From positions 1-61,972 of the forward strand of contig JAYUGC010000113.1 of assembly GCA_043767805.1 (NCBI GenBank): DNA of 61,972 nt, in the 5' to 3' direction. The stretch is from Pseudomonadota bacterium. GTDB taxonomy: Bacteria > Bdellovibrionota > FAC87 > UBA2466. This document shows, one piece after another, positions 26,586-35,259 of this stretch (the first letter of the stretch is position 1; every line of letters begins with the position of its first letter). Below the pieces are notes generated by a model. It saw nothing but the letters and a program-made list of their open reading frames with translations, was not told where the DNA came from and did no database searches. A program made the translations under genes and the position numbers.

Positions 26586-27173
26586 TTAGAAGCCGAAACC
26601 AGGAACCGAGTAATTGGGAACTTGGTTTTGGTAAAAGCCGTTCTGAGCGTAAGGATTCCAGCTGTTGTAATCCTGCCCAGGAAAATTCGAGTACGACGTC
26701 GGCCGGGCGTAGTTCAGATTGTAGCCCCAGCCGTACTGAGACGTGGAGTCCAAGTTACGGTAGCCGTACGTCATCAGCGGATTGCGATAGTTGGTAATTA
26801 CGTCCAAGCAGCGGGAGAGCGTCCCGAGGCGCAAGTAAAAGTATTGAGCCGTCCGCGGAATCTGCTCCATGACACTCGCGCAGCGAAGCGTTTCGGAGTC
26901 GATGCTGTTGGAGATGGGCTGACCGCCGCCGTAAATCGCTCCGCCGAACGGATCCCATCCGCCGCCGAGGGCGCGACGGCTCGGAGAAGCAATGCCTCGT
27001 CCCGCGGTAATCGCGCGGCTGACGTTCGCGGCGTATTTCTGAACCGCGGCGCCGGCCTTCATCTGATAATTCGCTTTCGCGGGACTCATCTGGCTGCCCT
27101 GCTGGCAGGCCGTGAGGCTCAAGAGGGCGGTGCAAGCAATCAAAGTCGAAAATTTTGCCGTCCAATACTTCAT
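26586..27173 (-). CDS. Hypothetical lipoprotein
   Basis: AGGAGA RBS then ATG at 27173; lipobox LTAC; Tyr/Asn/Gly-rich tail. Confidence 0.75.
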   Translation of the reverse strand: MKYWTAKFSTLIACTALLSLTACQQGSQMSPAKANYQMKAGAAVQKYAANVSRAITAGRGIASPSRRALGGGWDPFGGAIYGGGQPISNSIDSETLRCASVMEQIPRTAQYFYLRLGTLSRCLDVITNYRNPLMTYGYRNLDSTSQYGWGYNLNYARPTSYSNFPGQDYNSWNPYAQNGFYQNQVPNYSVPGFGF

Positions 27174-27241
27174 GGCGTCTCTCCTAGTTGCGTCCAAAGC
27201 GTGTCTTAACCAGTTGCGTCTCGTCGTCAAAAACCAAGTTA

Positions 27242-27880
27242 TTAGCGGAAGCTCTGACCTAAGTACCAAAGATTGTGATCCGCGTTCGAGTAAGCGGAAG
27301 CTTGCGCATTCGCCCAGGGCACCAGGTTCGACTGGTACTTCACGAGGTCGCGCATGCAGCGAATTAAGCTCAATTCCGCCATCTTCGAAGAAAGCTCGAT
27401 GTCCGTCTGGGTATCGCCCGGCTGAGGCGCATATAGAGACGCCGCTTCGCCGAGGCAATAGTCCGCGGTTTTATAGCTCGTCTCGGCTCCTTCATAGAGG
27501 AGGTTCGGATCGACTCCGAAGCTGGACGAGTTGAAGCAAGAAGTGGTTTTGGCGGCAGTCGAGGGGGAAGCCTTCGCGCCGTAAGAGCCGAGATTGAACC
27601 CGCTGTCGCTCGCGAGGCAGGTGCTCTCCGACTGAGTGACCGATCCTAAGGTGGAAGCGCCCGTACTCGGCGTCTGCGTGGTTGCCGTTTGCGTATCGAA
27701 AAGATTAGCCGTCGAGGTTCCCGTGGGAGACTTGCTCGAGGTGTCAAACAGCGGAGTCCTATCCGAGGTATCGTTCTGGGTCGTCGTAGTTGCGGCCCGC
27801 TGCGGGCTTCCGCACGCGGTCATTAGAGTGAGAATCGAAATCGATAAAAGCTTCAGCGACGTTTTGAGTGGCGTCTTCAC
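27242..27880 (-). CDS. Hypothetical lipoprotein with Thr/Ser-rich linker
   Basis: GGAGG RBS then GTG; lipobox MTAC. Confidence 0.75.
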   Translation of the reverse strand: MKTPLKTSLKLLSISILTLMTACGSPQRAATTTTQNDTSDRTPLFDTSSKSPTGTSTANLFDTQTATTQTPSTGASTLGSVTQSESTCLASDSGFNLGSYGAKASPSTAAKTTSCFNSSSFGVDPNLLYEGAETSYKTADYCLGEAASLYAPQPGDTQTDIELSSKMAELSLIRCMRDLVKYQSNLVPWANAQASAYSNADHNLWYLGQSFR

Positions 27881-27958
27881 GGTGCCTCCAAGGCTCTTAA
27901 ATCAAAGCTGTCCTAATCCCAGGTGCGTTCTTAAGTTGCGTCTACGAGAGCTATGAAT

Positions 27959-27974
27959 TGCAAGCGGGGGGCCA
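27959..27974 (-). promoter_or_regulatory. sigma54 -24/-12 promoter
   Basis: TGGCCCCCCGCTTGCA on the minus strand; IHF-like AATCAGGTAGTTA at 28068-28080. Confidence 0.65.
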
Positions 27975-28292
27975 AGCCTTCCTGGGCTGGGGGCGAAGAC
28001 CAAACCCGAAACCCCCCAGAATACAGAGCGCCTCGAAACCGTACAGCGGAGCGCTAAAACCGCATGGAATCAGGTAGTTAACTACTGTGCAGAAGTTCTA
28101 TGAGGCTGTATGAACAGTGAACACCAATGATCAGAGCATGAGCGGCACGCTCGCCGAGCCCCACGACTCCCTATGCTATAATTTTTAATGAGTCTTAAAA
28201 GGTACTAAATACCTTTTAAGATGCCCTTCCTGCTTCACCTTTCCCTTCCTTAACCATCCAAGTCTCAAACCAACTCCACCTCTGGGGGATCC

Positions 28293-29111
28293 ATGCGCGT
28301 TTCCACACTCGCTCGCCTCGGCCTTTCGGCCGCGATGGGCTGCACCTCTGTTTTCGCCGCCTCCGCTGAACGCAGTCTCGTCGAGCACTTCGACGCTCCC
28401 AACCAAGCCTTACTCGTCGGCGTCAGCCACGGGCTTCCCGGCATCGATCTCGACGTGAACAATCTGAAGCGGATCTCCAGCCATAGCGCCTACAACTTTC
28501 AGCCCACCCAGCTCATGGACGCGCAAGGCACGAAAGCAAACGTCATGCAGGAGCTCACGCTCCGGGCGTCGAAAGCCGGCTCTGACGGCTCGCTGCTCTT
28601 TTACTATTCCGGTCACGGCAGTCCCGGCAGCATTTACCTCGAGGACGGAAGCCTCGAAGTAACGAAGATCAGAAAAGCTCTCGAAGACGGCCGCGCGAAT
28701 CAGGGGCCTCTCGAGCGCCTCGTCTTCATCAGTGATTCTTGCTTTAGCGGCACGCTTCTAGATCCCATGCGTCTCGGGCTTTTGCCGCAGCTGAAAGATC
28801 CCGAGATCCAAAGCGCTCTCATGACCAATGAGATTGTCTCCGCCTTGAGCCGCACCGACGAACTGGGCCGTGCCGCCACTTACTGGAAACGGCTCTTCGT
28901 CTTCGCCTCGTCCCGCGCCGACGAAACGTCGCTTGCCGGTAAAGACGGCTCGGTCTTCACCGTGGCCTTCGCGAAGGCGTTCGACGAGACCGTGTCCGCG
29001 AAAGGCTCCATGAACGACTTAGTCACGAAGACACAGACCTATACCGTGGGTCATCATCCCGTGGCCCGCTTTGCTCCCCCCGATTTCGGCGCGGAAGAGC
29101 TCATCCCTTAG
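28293..29111 (+). CDS. Caspase-family peptidase C14 (metacaspase/orthocaspase-like) with signal peptide
   Basis: Catalytic motifs YYSGHG and ISDSCFSG, plus SSRADETS...GSVFT. Confidence 0.85.
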   Translation: MRVSTLARLGLSAAMGCTSVFAASAERSLVEHFDAPNQALLVGVSHGLPGIDLDVNNLKRISSHSAYNFQPTQLMDAQGTKANVMQELTLRASKAGSDGSLLFYYSGHGSPGSIYLEDGSLEVTKIRKALEDGRANQGPLERLVFISDSCFSGTLLDPMRLGLLPQLKDPEIQSALMTNEIVSALSRTDELGRAATYWKRLFVFASSRADETSLAGKDGSVFTVAFAKAFDETVSAKGSMNDLVTKTQTYTVGHHPVARFAPPDFGAEELIP

Positions 29112-30115
29112 GCAAAAAGCTCGGTCGCTTCGGCGAGCGCCCGCTTCATCACTTGCAGATTGAAAAACCGTTCGTCGGCGGTTCTGGGAAGCGTGCCGGC
29201 CTCGATGGCGGCGGCGACATCCCGGATCGCGTCGGCGAGCGGATGCTTCGGCACGAAACCGAGCTCCCGGCGAGCGCGCTCCGCGGAGACGTGATAGGAG
29301 CGCAAGTCATCGGAGGATTGCACTTCGATGGTGGCGTTCGGAGCGACCGTTTCCTTCACCATTTTGGCGAGATCGAGCACGGTGTGGTTTTCCGTGCAGA
29401 TGTTGTACTCGCGCCCATTGATAAGGCCCGCCGGCGCCGTCAAAAGCAGGCAGTAAAAATCGCTCACGTCCTCGATGTGGATGTTCGGGCGCTTCTGGCT
29501 TCCGCCGAAGACGGTGATCTTATTCTTGGTGATCGCGTGATGAGTGAGGATGTTGATGATGAGATCGAGCCGCATGCGCGGGCTCACTCCGCAAATGGTC
29601 GCCGAGCGCACGGATACGCCGAGCATCTTGCCCTTGTGCTCGTTTAAATAGTGTTCGATGAGCGCTTTGGATTCCGAATAAACCGTGAGCGGATCGAGAG
29701 ACAGCTCTTCGGTGACGTTTGGCTCCTGCTTGATGCCGTAAACGCTCGAGCTCGACGCATTCAGGAAGCGCTTCACGCCAGCTTCCCGAGCCATGTCGAT
29801 GACGAGCTTCGAAGCCTCCACGTTCACGCGGCGGGTGAGCGCCGGATCGAGATCGGAACTCGGATCGTTGGAGATACCGGCCAGGTGAATGACGGCGTCC
29901 ACGCCTTCGAGAGCGCGCTCGAGTAATTCCCGCCGTCCCATGTCTCCCTGAATCAACTCCAGCGCCCCAGTTTCGAACGCCTTCGCGGGAAAGAGCTCGC
30001 GCCCGCCGAAGAGGCAAAGATCCAGCACGCGCACGTCGTGGCCGAGCCAGAGCAGTTTGGGGACGAGAACGCTGCCTAGGTACCCGGCACCGCCGGTAAC
30101 GAGAATGGTTTGCAT
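29108..30115 (-). CDS. NAD-dependent epimerase/dehydratase (extended SDR)
   Basis: Motifs TGGAGYLG, ASSSSVYG and YSESK. Confidence 0.9.
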   Translation of the reverse strand: MQTILVTGGAGYLGSVLVPKLLWLGHDVRVLDLCLFGGRELFPAKAFETGALELIQGDMGRRELLERALEGVDAVIHLAGISNDPSSDLDPALTRRVNVEASKLVIDMAREAGVKRFLNASSSSVYGIKQEPNVTEELSLDPLTVYSESKALIEHYLNEHKGKMLGVSVRSATICGVSPRMRLDLIINILTHHAITKNKITVFGGSQKRPNIHIEDVSDFYCLLLTAPAGLINGREYNICTENHTVLDLAKMVKETVAPNATIEVQSSDDLRSYHVSAERARRELGFVPKHPLADAIRDVAAAIEAGTLPRTADERFFNLQVMKRALAEATELFA

Positions 30116-30240
30116 GTTTGAGTGAAAATTAACCTACGGCGGATCGGCGGGCAAGGTGAGGTGCCCCTAACCAAGGCTCAAGAAGGCACCGAAGCGACGA
30201 AAAATGGCTCCGTTTCAGGGGGTCTCCAGCCTGAAACGGG

Positions 30241-30256
30241 TGGCACTCAATCTGCT
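30241..30256 (+). promoter_or_regulatory. sigma54 -24/-12 promoter
   Basis: TGGCACTCAATCTGCT, about 40 nt upstream of 30299. Confidence 0.7.
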
Positions 30257-30298
30257 AGTTGAGCTACCCGAGAGCTAGGAGAAGATCACGGAGGTCTA

Positions 30299-30478
30299 AT
30301 GACCCGTAAAATTCTCGTACTTTTAGTTGGGACCGTTCTCATCGGGGCCTGCGCCAAGAAAGCCAAGGCGCCGGAACCTGTGACTCCGGCCCCAGTCGCG
30401 ACTTCGGCTCAGCCCAGTGATACCGCAGCTCAGTCTTACGACTACATGAAGGGCAAGTCGGGCTCCGAGTACTTCTAG
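30299..30478 (+). CDS. 59-aa lipoprotein (absent from the ORF track)
   Basis: GGAGGT RBS then ATG; MTRKILVLLVGTVLIGAC...YMKGKSGSEYF*; followed by hairpins. Confidence 0.75.
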   Translation: MTRKILVLLVGTVLIGACAKKAKAPEPVTPAPVATSAQPSDTAAQSYDYMKGKSGSEYF

Positions 30479-30486
30479 CGAAAGCG

Positions 30487-30580
30487 GTCCCCGGAAGGGA
30501 AACCTTCCCGGGGCCGGAATTTGAAACGGCGATGACCCAGGCGATTTACGCCAATAGGGTCATCGCCGTTTGTCTTTCTT
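30487..30580 (+). terminator. Tandem hairpins, probable terminator
   Basis: CCCCGGAAGG/CCTTCCCGGGG hairpin, then a 15-bp stem AAACGGCGATGACCC/GGGTCATCGCCGTTT and a T-rich tail. Confidence 0.6.
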
Positions 30581-30662
30581 GTCGCGTCGAAGCCGTAGGC
30601 GAAGGCGGATCTTACTCCTCTCAACGTTGAGAAAATCCCCTAGTTAAGGTACTTTGCGGGCA

Positions 30663-33600
30663 ATGAAGCCCGTCAAATCCGACGTCCATTTCCCCTCGCT
30701 CGAGGCGGGAATCCTCAAATTTTGGAAAGATAACGGCCTTATCGAAAAAGGGCTGAAGGCCAATGAGGGCGGAGAACCTTTTATCTTCTACGACGGCCCT
30801 CCGTTTGCGACGGGCCTTCCGCATTACGGGCACATTCTTGCGGGCACTCTCAAGGACATCGTTCCGCGTTACTGGGTTTTGAAAGGTAAGTACGTCGAGC
30901 GCCGCTGGGGCTGGGACTGTCACGGGCTACCGGTCGAGTTCGAGATGGAGAACGAGCTCGGCCTTGCGGGCCGGGGCGAGATCGAAAAGTACGGCGTAGG
31001 TAAGTTCAACGAAGCTTGCCGCGGCATCGTCGATCGCTACGCGAAAGAGTGGCAGCAAGTCATCGAACGCACCGGCCGCTGGGTGGATTTCAAAAACAAC
31101 TACCGCACCATGGACAAGCCTTTCATGGAGTCCGTGTGGTGGGTGTTCAAGCAGCTTTGGGACAAAGGCCTCATCTTCGAGGGCCACCGCGTGATGCCCT
31201 ACTCGTGGCGCATCTCGACGCCGCTTTCCAATTTCGAAGCGGGTCTCAATTACAAAGACGTGCAGGATCCGGCGCTGACGGTTCGCTTCAAAGCGGCATA
31301 CGCGGCCGACACTTATTTCCTCGCTTGGACGACGACGCCCTGGACCCTTCCGTCGAACCTCGCGCTCGCCGTTCATCCCGACGTAGATTACGTGGAAGTC
31401 AGCGAGAAGGGCTCGAATGAGCGCTTGATTCTCGCCGAGCCGCGGGTCGCGACGTATTTCGAAGACAAAGAGATCACGCGGCACGCGACCTTCAAGGGCA
31501 GTGAGCTGAAGGGCCGCAAGTACGAGCCGCTCTTTCCCTTCGCGAAAGAAACGAAAAACGCCTTCCAGGTTTTGACGGCCGACTACGTCACCACGAGCGA
31601 CGGCACAGGTATCGTGCACACGGCCCCTGCTTTCGGCGAGGACGATTACGCCGTCGGCAAAGCCGCGGGCATCGCTCTCTTCGATCCGGTCGATCGGGAA
31701 GGCCGCTTCACCAAAGACGCGCCTCCGTACGCGGGTCAGCAGGTAAAAGAAGCCGACAAAAACATCATCAAGGATTTAAAGGCCAAGGGAGTCATTTACC
31801 GTCACGATACGCTCGTTCACAGCTATCCCTATTGCTGGCGGAGCGACACGCCCCTCATCTACAAGGCCATCTCCACCTGGTTCGTGGCGCTGGAGCCTTT
31901 GAAGAAGCGTCTAGTCGAGAACAACAAGAAGACCCACTGGGTGCCCGAGACTTTGCGCGATGGCCGCTTCGGTAACTGGCTCGAAAACGCGCGAGACTGG
32001 AATATCAGCCGCAACCGTTTCTGGGGAACGCCGCTTCCGGTGTGGCGTTGTTCCGCCGAGTGCGGAGCGAAGCCGGTTTGCCTGGGCAGCATCGCCGAGC
32101 TCGAAGAGCGCATTAAAGGCAAGGTTACCGATCTTCACAAACACTTCGTCGACGAGATGAAATTCCCGTGCACGGCTTGCCGGGCCCCCATGGTGCGCAT
32201 CGAGGAAGTACTCGATTGCTGGTTTGAGAGCGGCAGCATGCCGTACGCCCAGCAGCACTATCCCTTCGAGAATAAGCAGCGCTTCGAGGATAATTTCCCG
32301 GCCAACTTCATCGCCGAAGGCGTCGATCAGACGCGCGGGTGGTTCTATACGCTCTCCGTCCTTTCGACGGCGCTCTTTGATAAGCCGCCTTTTCAGAACG
32401 TCATCGTGAACGGGCTCGTTCTCGCCGAAGACGGCAAGAAGATGAGTAAGCGGCTCAAGAACTATCCCGACCCGGCTTACATTCTGGATACGTACGGCGC
32501 CGACGCGCTCCGCGCTTATCTCTCGACCTCTCCCGCTTCGCACGCGAACGACTTGCGTTTCAGCGAGCTTGGCGTGAAGGAAGTCATCCGCGCGGTGCTG
32601 CTGCCATATTGGAATGCGTACAGCTTCTTCGTGACCTACGCGCTTGCCGAGAGCTGGAAGCCGCAAAGCGCGGAGCTTCCCGAAGTTACTCACGAGATGG
32701 ACCGGTGGGTGTTGTCTCGTTTGAGCTCGCTCATCCAGCACGTGGACGACCGCATGGCGGAGTACCACTTGTATGAAGTCGTGCCCGAGGTGGTGCGTTT
32801 CATCGAAGAGCTCACCAACTGGTACATCCGGTTGAATCGCCGCCGGTTTTGGGACGGCAAGAATCCCGACGCACTCAATACGCTTTATTACGTGCTGGTG
32901 CAGTTCTCCAAAGTACTCGCGCCCATCTTGCCCTTCATCACCGAAGAGGTGTTTCAGAATCTCCGGCTTCCCCAGGAAGCGGAAAGCATTCACATCTCTC
33001 GTTTTCCGACGGTGCAAAAAGGCCTCATCGATGCAAAGCTCGAACAAGGCATGGGTCTCGTGCAGAGACTCGTCGCTCTCGGCCGCACGGCAAGAAGCGA
33101 GAGCAAGATCAAGACGCGTCAGCCGCTCCCCAAAGTCCAAGTCATCGTCCCCGATAAAACGGCGCTGGAGACGGTGAAGGGGTACGGAAGCCTCATTGCT
33201 CTAGAGCTGAATGTGAAAACGGTCGACTTCACCTCTGAGGAAGGGGAATGGGTCAATATCTCGGCTAAGGCGAACTGGAAAGAGATCGGAAAGATCTACG
33301 GCGGCAAAGCCAAGGACCGCGCGAAAGAAATCGAAGCCGCGACCCCCGCCCAGTTGAAAGCCATTCCCGCCGCGCAATACCTCATTAAGCGCGAGCCGAA
33401 AAAGCCGGGCGTCATCCAGACGGACGGCGATCTGACGCTATGGCTCGACACGAAGCTCACCGACGAGCTCATTGGCGAAGGCCGCGCGCGCGAAGTGGTG
33501 AACCGCATTCAGAAGTTGCGTAAGGATAAAGACTTCCAGGTCGTCGATCGCATTCACGTGCGCTACGAAGCGGCCCCGGATCTCGCGAGAACACTCGAGA

Positions 33601-33722
33601 CGCACAAAAAGTATATTTCTGACGAAGTTCTCGCGGAAAGCCTTCAGCCTGGCTCGGCCGCCTGGGATCTGACGGAAGAAATCGACGGTCTTTCGCTCAA
33701 GCTCTCCGTTTCTAAAGCCTGA
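30663..33722 (+). CDS. ileS: Isoleucine--tRNA ligase, type 2
   Basis: Motifs DGPPFATGLPHYGH, GWDCHGLP, WTTTPWTLPSN and KMSKR; the C-terminus lacks the type-1 zinc finger. Confidence 0.97.
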   Translation: MKPVKSDVHFPSLEAGILKFWKDNGLIEKGLKANEGGEPFIFYDGPPFATGLPHYGHILAGTLKDIVPRYWVLKGKYVERRWGWDCHGLPVEFEMENELGLAGRGEIEKYGVGKFNEACRGIVDRYAKEWQQVIERTGRWVDFKNNYRTMDKPFMESVWWVFKQLWDKGLIFEGHRVMPYSWRISTPLSNFEAGLNYKDVQDPALTVRFKAAYAADTYFLAWTTTPWTLPSNLALAVHPDVDYVEVSEKGSNERLILAEPRVATYFEDKEITRHATFKGSELKGRKYEPLFPFAKETKNAFQVLTADYVTTSDGTGIVHTAPAFGEDDYAVGKAAGIALFDPVDREGRFTKDAPPYAGQQVKEADKNIIKDLKAKGVIYRHDTLVHSYPYCWRSDTPLIYKAISTWFVALEPLKKRLVENNKKTHWVPETLRDGRFGNWLENARDWNISRNRFWGTPLPVWRCSAECGAKPVCLGSIAELEERIKGKVTDLHKHFVDEMKFPCTACRAPMVRIEEVLDCWFESGSMPYAQQHYPFENKQRFEDNFPANFIAEGVDQTRGWFYTLSVLSTALFDKPPFQNVIVNGLVLAEDGKKMSKRLKNYPDPAYILDTYGADALRAYLSTSPASHANDLRFSELGVKEVIRAVLLPYWNAYSFFVTYALAESWKPQSAELPEVTHEMDRWVLSRLSSLIQHVDDRMAEYHLYEVVPEVVRFIEELTNWYIRLNRRRFWDGKNPDALNTLYYVLVQFSKVLAPILPFITEEVFQNLRLPQEAESIHISRFPTVQKGLIDAKLEQGMGLVQRLVALGRTARSESKIKTRQPLPKVQVIVPDKTALETVKGYGSLIALELNVKTVDFTSEEGEWVNISAKANWKEIGKIYGGKAKDRAKEIEAATPAQLKAIPAAQYLIKREPKKPGVIQTDGDLTLWLDTKLTDELIGEGRAREVVNRIQKLRKDKDFQVVDRIHVRYEAAPDLARTLETHKKYISDEVLAESLQPGSAAWDLTEEIDGLSLKLSVSKA

Positions 33723-33857
33723 CTCTCGCGCCCGAGCACGAGACCGCCCACCATGGACGGCCTCGGCTCGAGTCGACGCGACAAGGCTTTTGGCGTTCCC
33801 AGGAGGGAGGAAACTATGTCTCTTACTTATGAACGCGCAAAATCAGCGCGAATTGGG

Positions 33858-34751
33858 TCAGGAGAGAGGGGGCGAGAGAGGCCGGGCGCCAGATGGGAGG
33901 TAATTCGAGCCTGCGAATTGCCTCAAGACGGACTCAGGTGGCCCATCGGCCATAAGCCGACCCTCTTTTAGCAAAATCACTCTCTGGCAGTAGCGCTCGA
34001 CTTCCTCGAACTCGTGACTGACCAGAAGGAGAGTGACTCCTTCGCTCACCATTTCGCTCACTTTTTCCCGGCACTTTTCTCGAAAAAGGTGATCGCCCAC
34101 GGATAAGACTTCGTCGAGGAGCAGAATGTCGGGCTCGGCGTGAACGCTCACCGAAAAGGCGAGCCTTAAGTACATGCCGGACGAGTAGAGCTTCACCGGC
34201 GTATCGATGAAAGACTCGATTCCGGAAAAGTCGATGATGGCGTCCATCTGTCTGACGATTTTCGAGCGCGGGATTCCCAAAATCGAGCCGTAGAGAAAAA
34301 TATTTTCGCGCCCGCTGATGTCCGGGTGAAAGCCCGCGCCGATTTGTAAGAGTGCGGAGACTTTGCCTCTGAGGACGGCGTGGCCTTCCGTGGGCGCGGT
34401 GATGCGAGAGAGAATTTTGAGCAGCGTCGATTTTCCCGAGCCGTTCAGCCCGACGATGCCCAGCCGTTCGCCCGCCTGAACGGAAAAAGACAGATGGCGA
34501 AGGGCCCAGAAGCCGCAATCTTCCGAAACGAGGCACGCGGGCTTTGAGAGCCGCCCCGTCAGCCGCCGCGCCATATCGGTCAGCGAGTCTTGCACGCGAG
34601 GTTTCGCGACGGTACCGCGTGAGTACCATTTCGAAAGATTTCTGACCTCGATTTTGGGTAAGGAAGTGATGCCGTCTATCTTACTATAGGGAGTGTTGGG
34701 GGATTTGCCCTCCGAGTCGTAGCCGGGGCCCGTTCGATCCGGCCCGGTCAC
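33858..34751 (-). CDS. Wzt-like polysaccharide ABC exporter ATP-binding subunit
   Basis: Walker A GLNGSGKST, signature YSSGMYLRLAF, Walker B LLLDEVL. The GTG start lies inside an inverted-repeat arm. Confidence 0.85.
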   Translation of the reverse strand: MTGPDRTGPGYDSEGKSPNTPYSKIDGITSLPKIEVRNLSKWYSRGTVAKPRVQDSLTDMARRLTGRLSKPACLVSEDCGFWALRHLSFSVQAGERLGIVGLNGSGKSTLLKILSRITAPTEGHAVLRGKVSALLQIGAGFHPDISGRENIFLYGSILGIPRSKIVRQMDAIIDFSGIESFIDTPVKLYSSGMYLRLAFSVSVHAEPDILLLDEVLSVGDHLFREKCREKVSEMVSEGVTLLLVSHEFEEVERYCQRVILLKEGRLMADGPPESVLRQFAGSNYLPSGARPLSPPLS

Positions 34752-34908
34752 GGGTTGCTGGATGCTAGTACGAGGTAGGCTATCTTGATCTTAGCCTGTC
34801 GCACTTCTCGCGGTGCGATATTGTCGCTGACGAGCAGTCCGGGAGGGGGAGATCTAATGGATTACCTCGTACCAGCATCCAGCAACCCGTGACTGCCCCG
34901 GATCGAAC
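34732..34908. repeat. 46-bp inverted repeat pair (34732-34777 and 34863-34908) with an 85-bp spacer
   Basis: GTTCGATCCGGCCCGGTCACGGGTTGCTGGATGCTAGTACGAGGTA versus the reverse complement of the right arm: 42/46 identical. Confidence 0.9.
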
Positions 34909-34928
34909 CACGAAGCGGGGGATCCCCG

Positions 34929-35186
34929 TTACCCCGTGGAAACGCTGAGTCGACGTATGGCCGTCCGACACTGCTCGGCGAGGCGAATCGCGGAGCGTGC
35001 GAGCATTCTCAAGCGCGGTCGATTCAAGATGAACTCCACGCTTTTTCGGTAGATGCGATAAGAGCGGGCCTGCAGTTCCGGAACGATAGAAACATAAACC
35101 ACTTTATCGACTTCGACGATCCGCTCAACATACTGCCGTTCCCCGACGTGTTTGCCGTAAGCCTCACTCAAACATAAACGGACCAC
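34929..35186 (-). pseudogene. Short ORF or fragment resembling the C-terminal tail of the adjacent glycosyltransferase
   Basis: RSYRIYRKSVEFILNRPRLRMLARSA versus RSFRIYRSLVGFVLQRRWIRPLARTA in 35260-37452. Confidence 0.5.
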
Positions 35187-35259
35187 ACTCGCGCCTGATT
35201 CAAATAGCGATTGGTCAAGCGGGAAAAACCCGAGGAGAGCTGGCGGTAATGGATGAGCG

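Noticed and set aside
30480..30662. T-box riboswitch upstream of ileS
   Set aside because: No T-box consensus (GGTGGTACCGCG-like) or specifier stem; the hairpins are explained as the terminator of the upstream lipoprotein gene.
34732..34908. Retron ncRNA, tRNA remnant or integron attC
   Set aside because: No reverse transcriptase or integrase nearby. GTTCGATCC resembles a T-loop but there is no cloverleaf, and attC core sites are absent.
35241..35250. ops/JUMPstart-like GGCGGTA
   Set aside because: Wrong strand relative to the glycan genes and an incomplete match.
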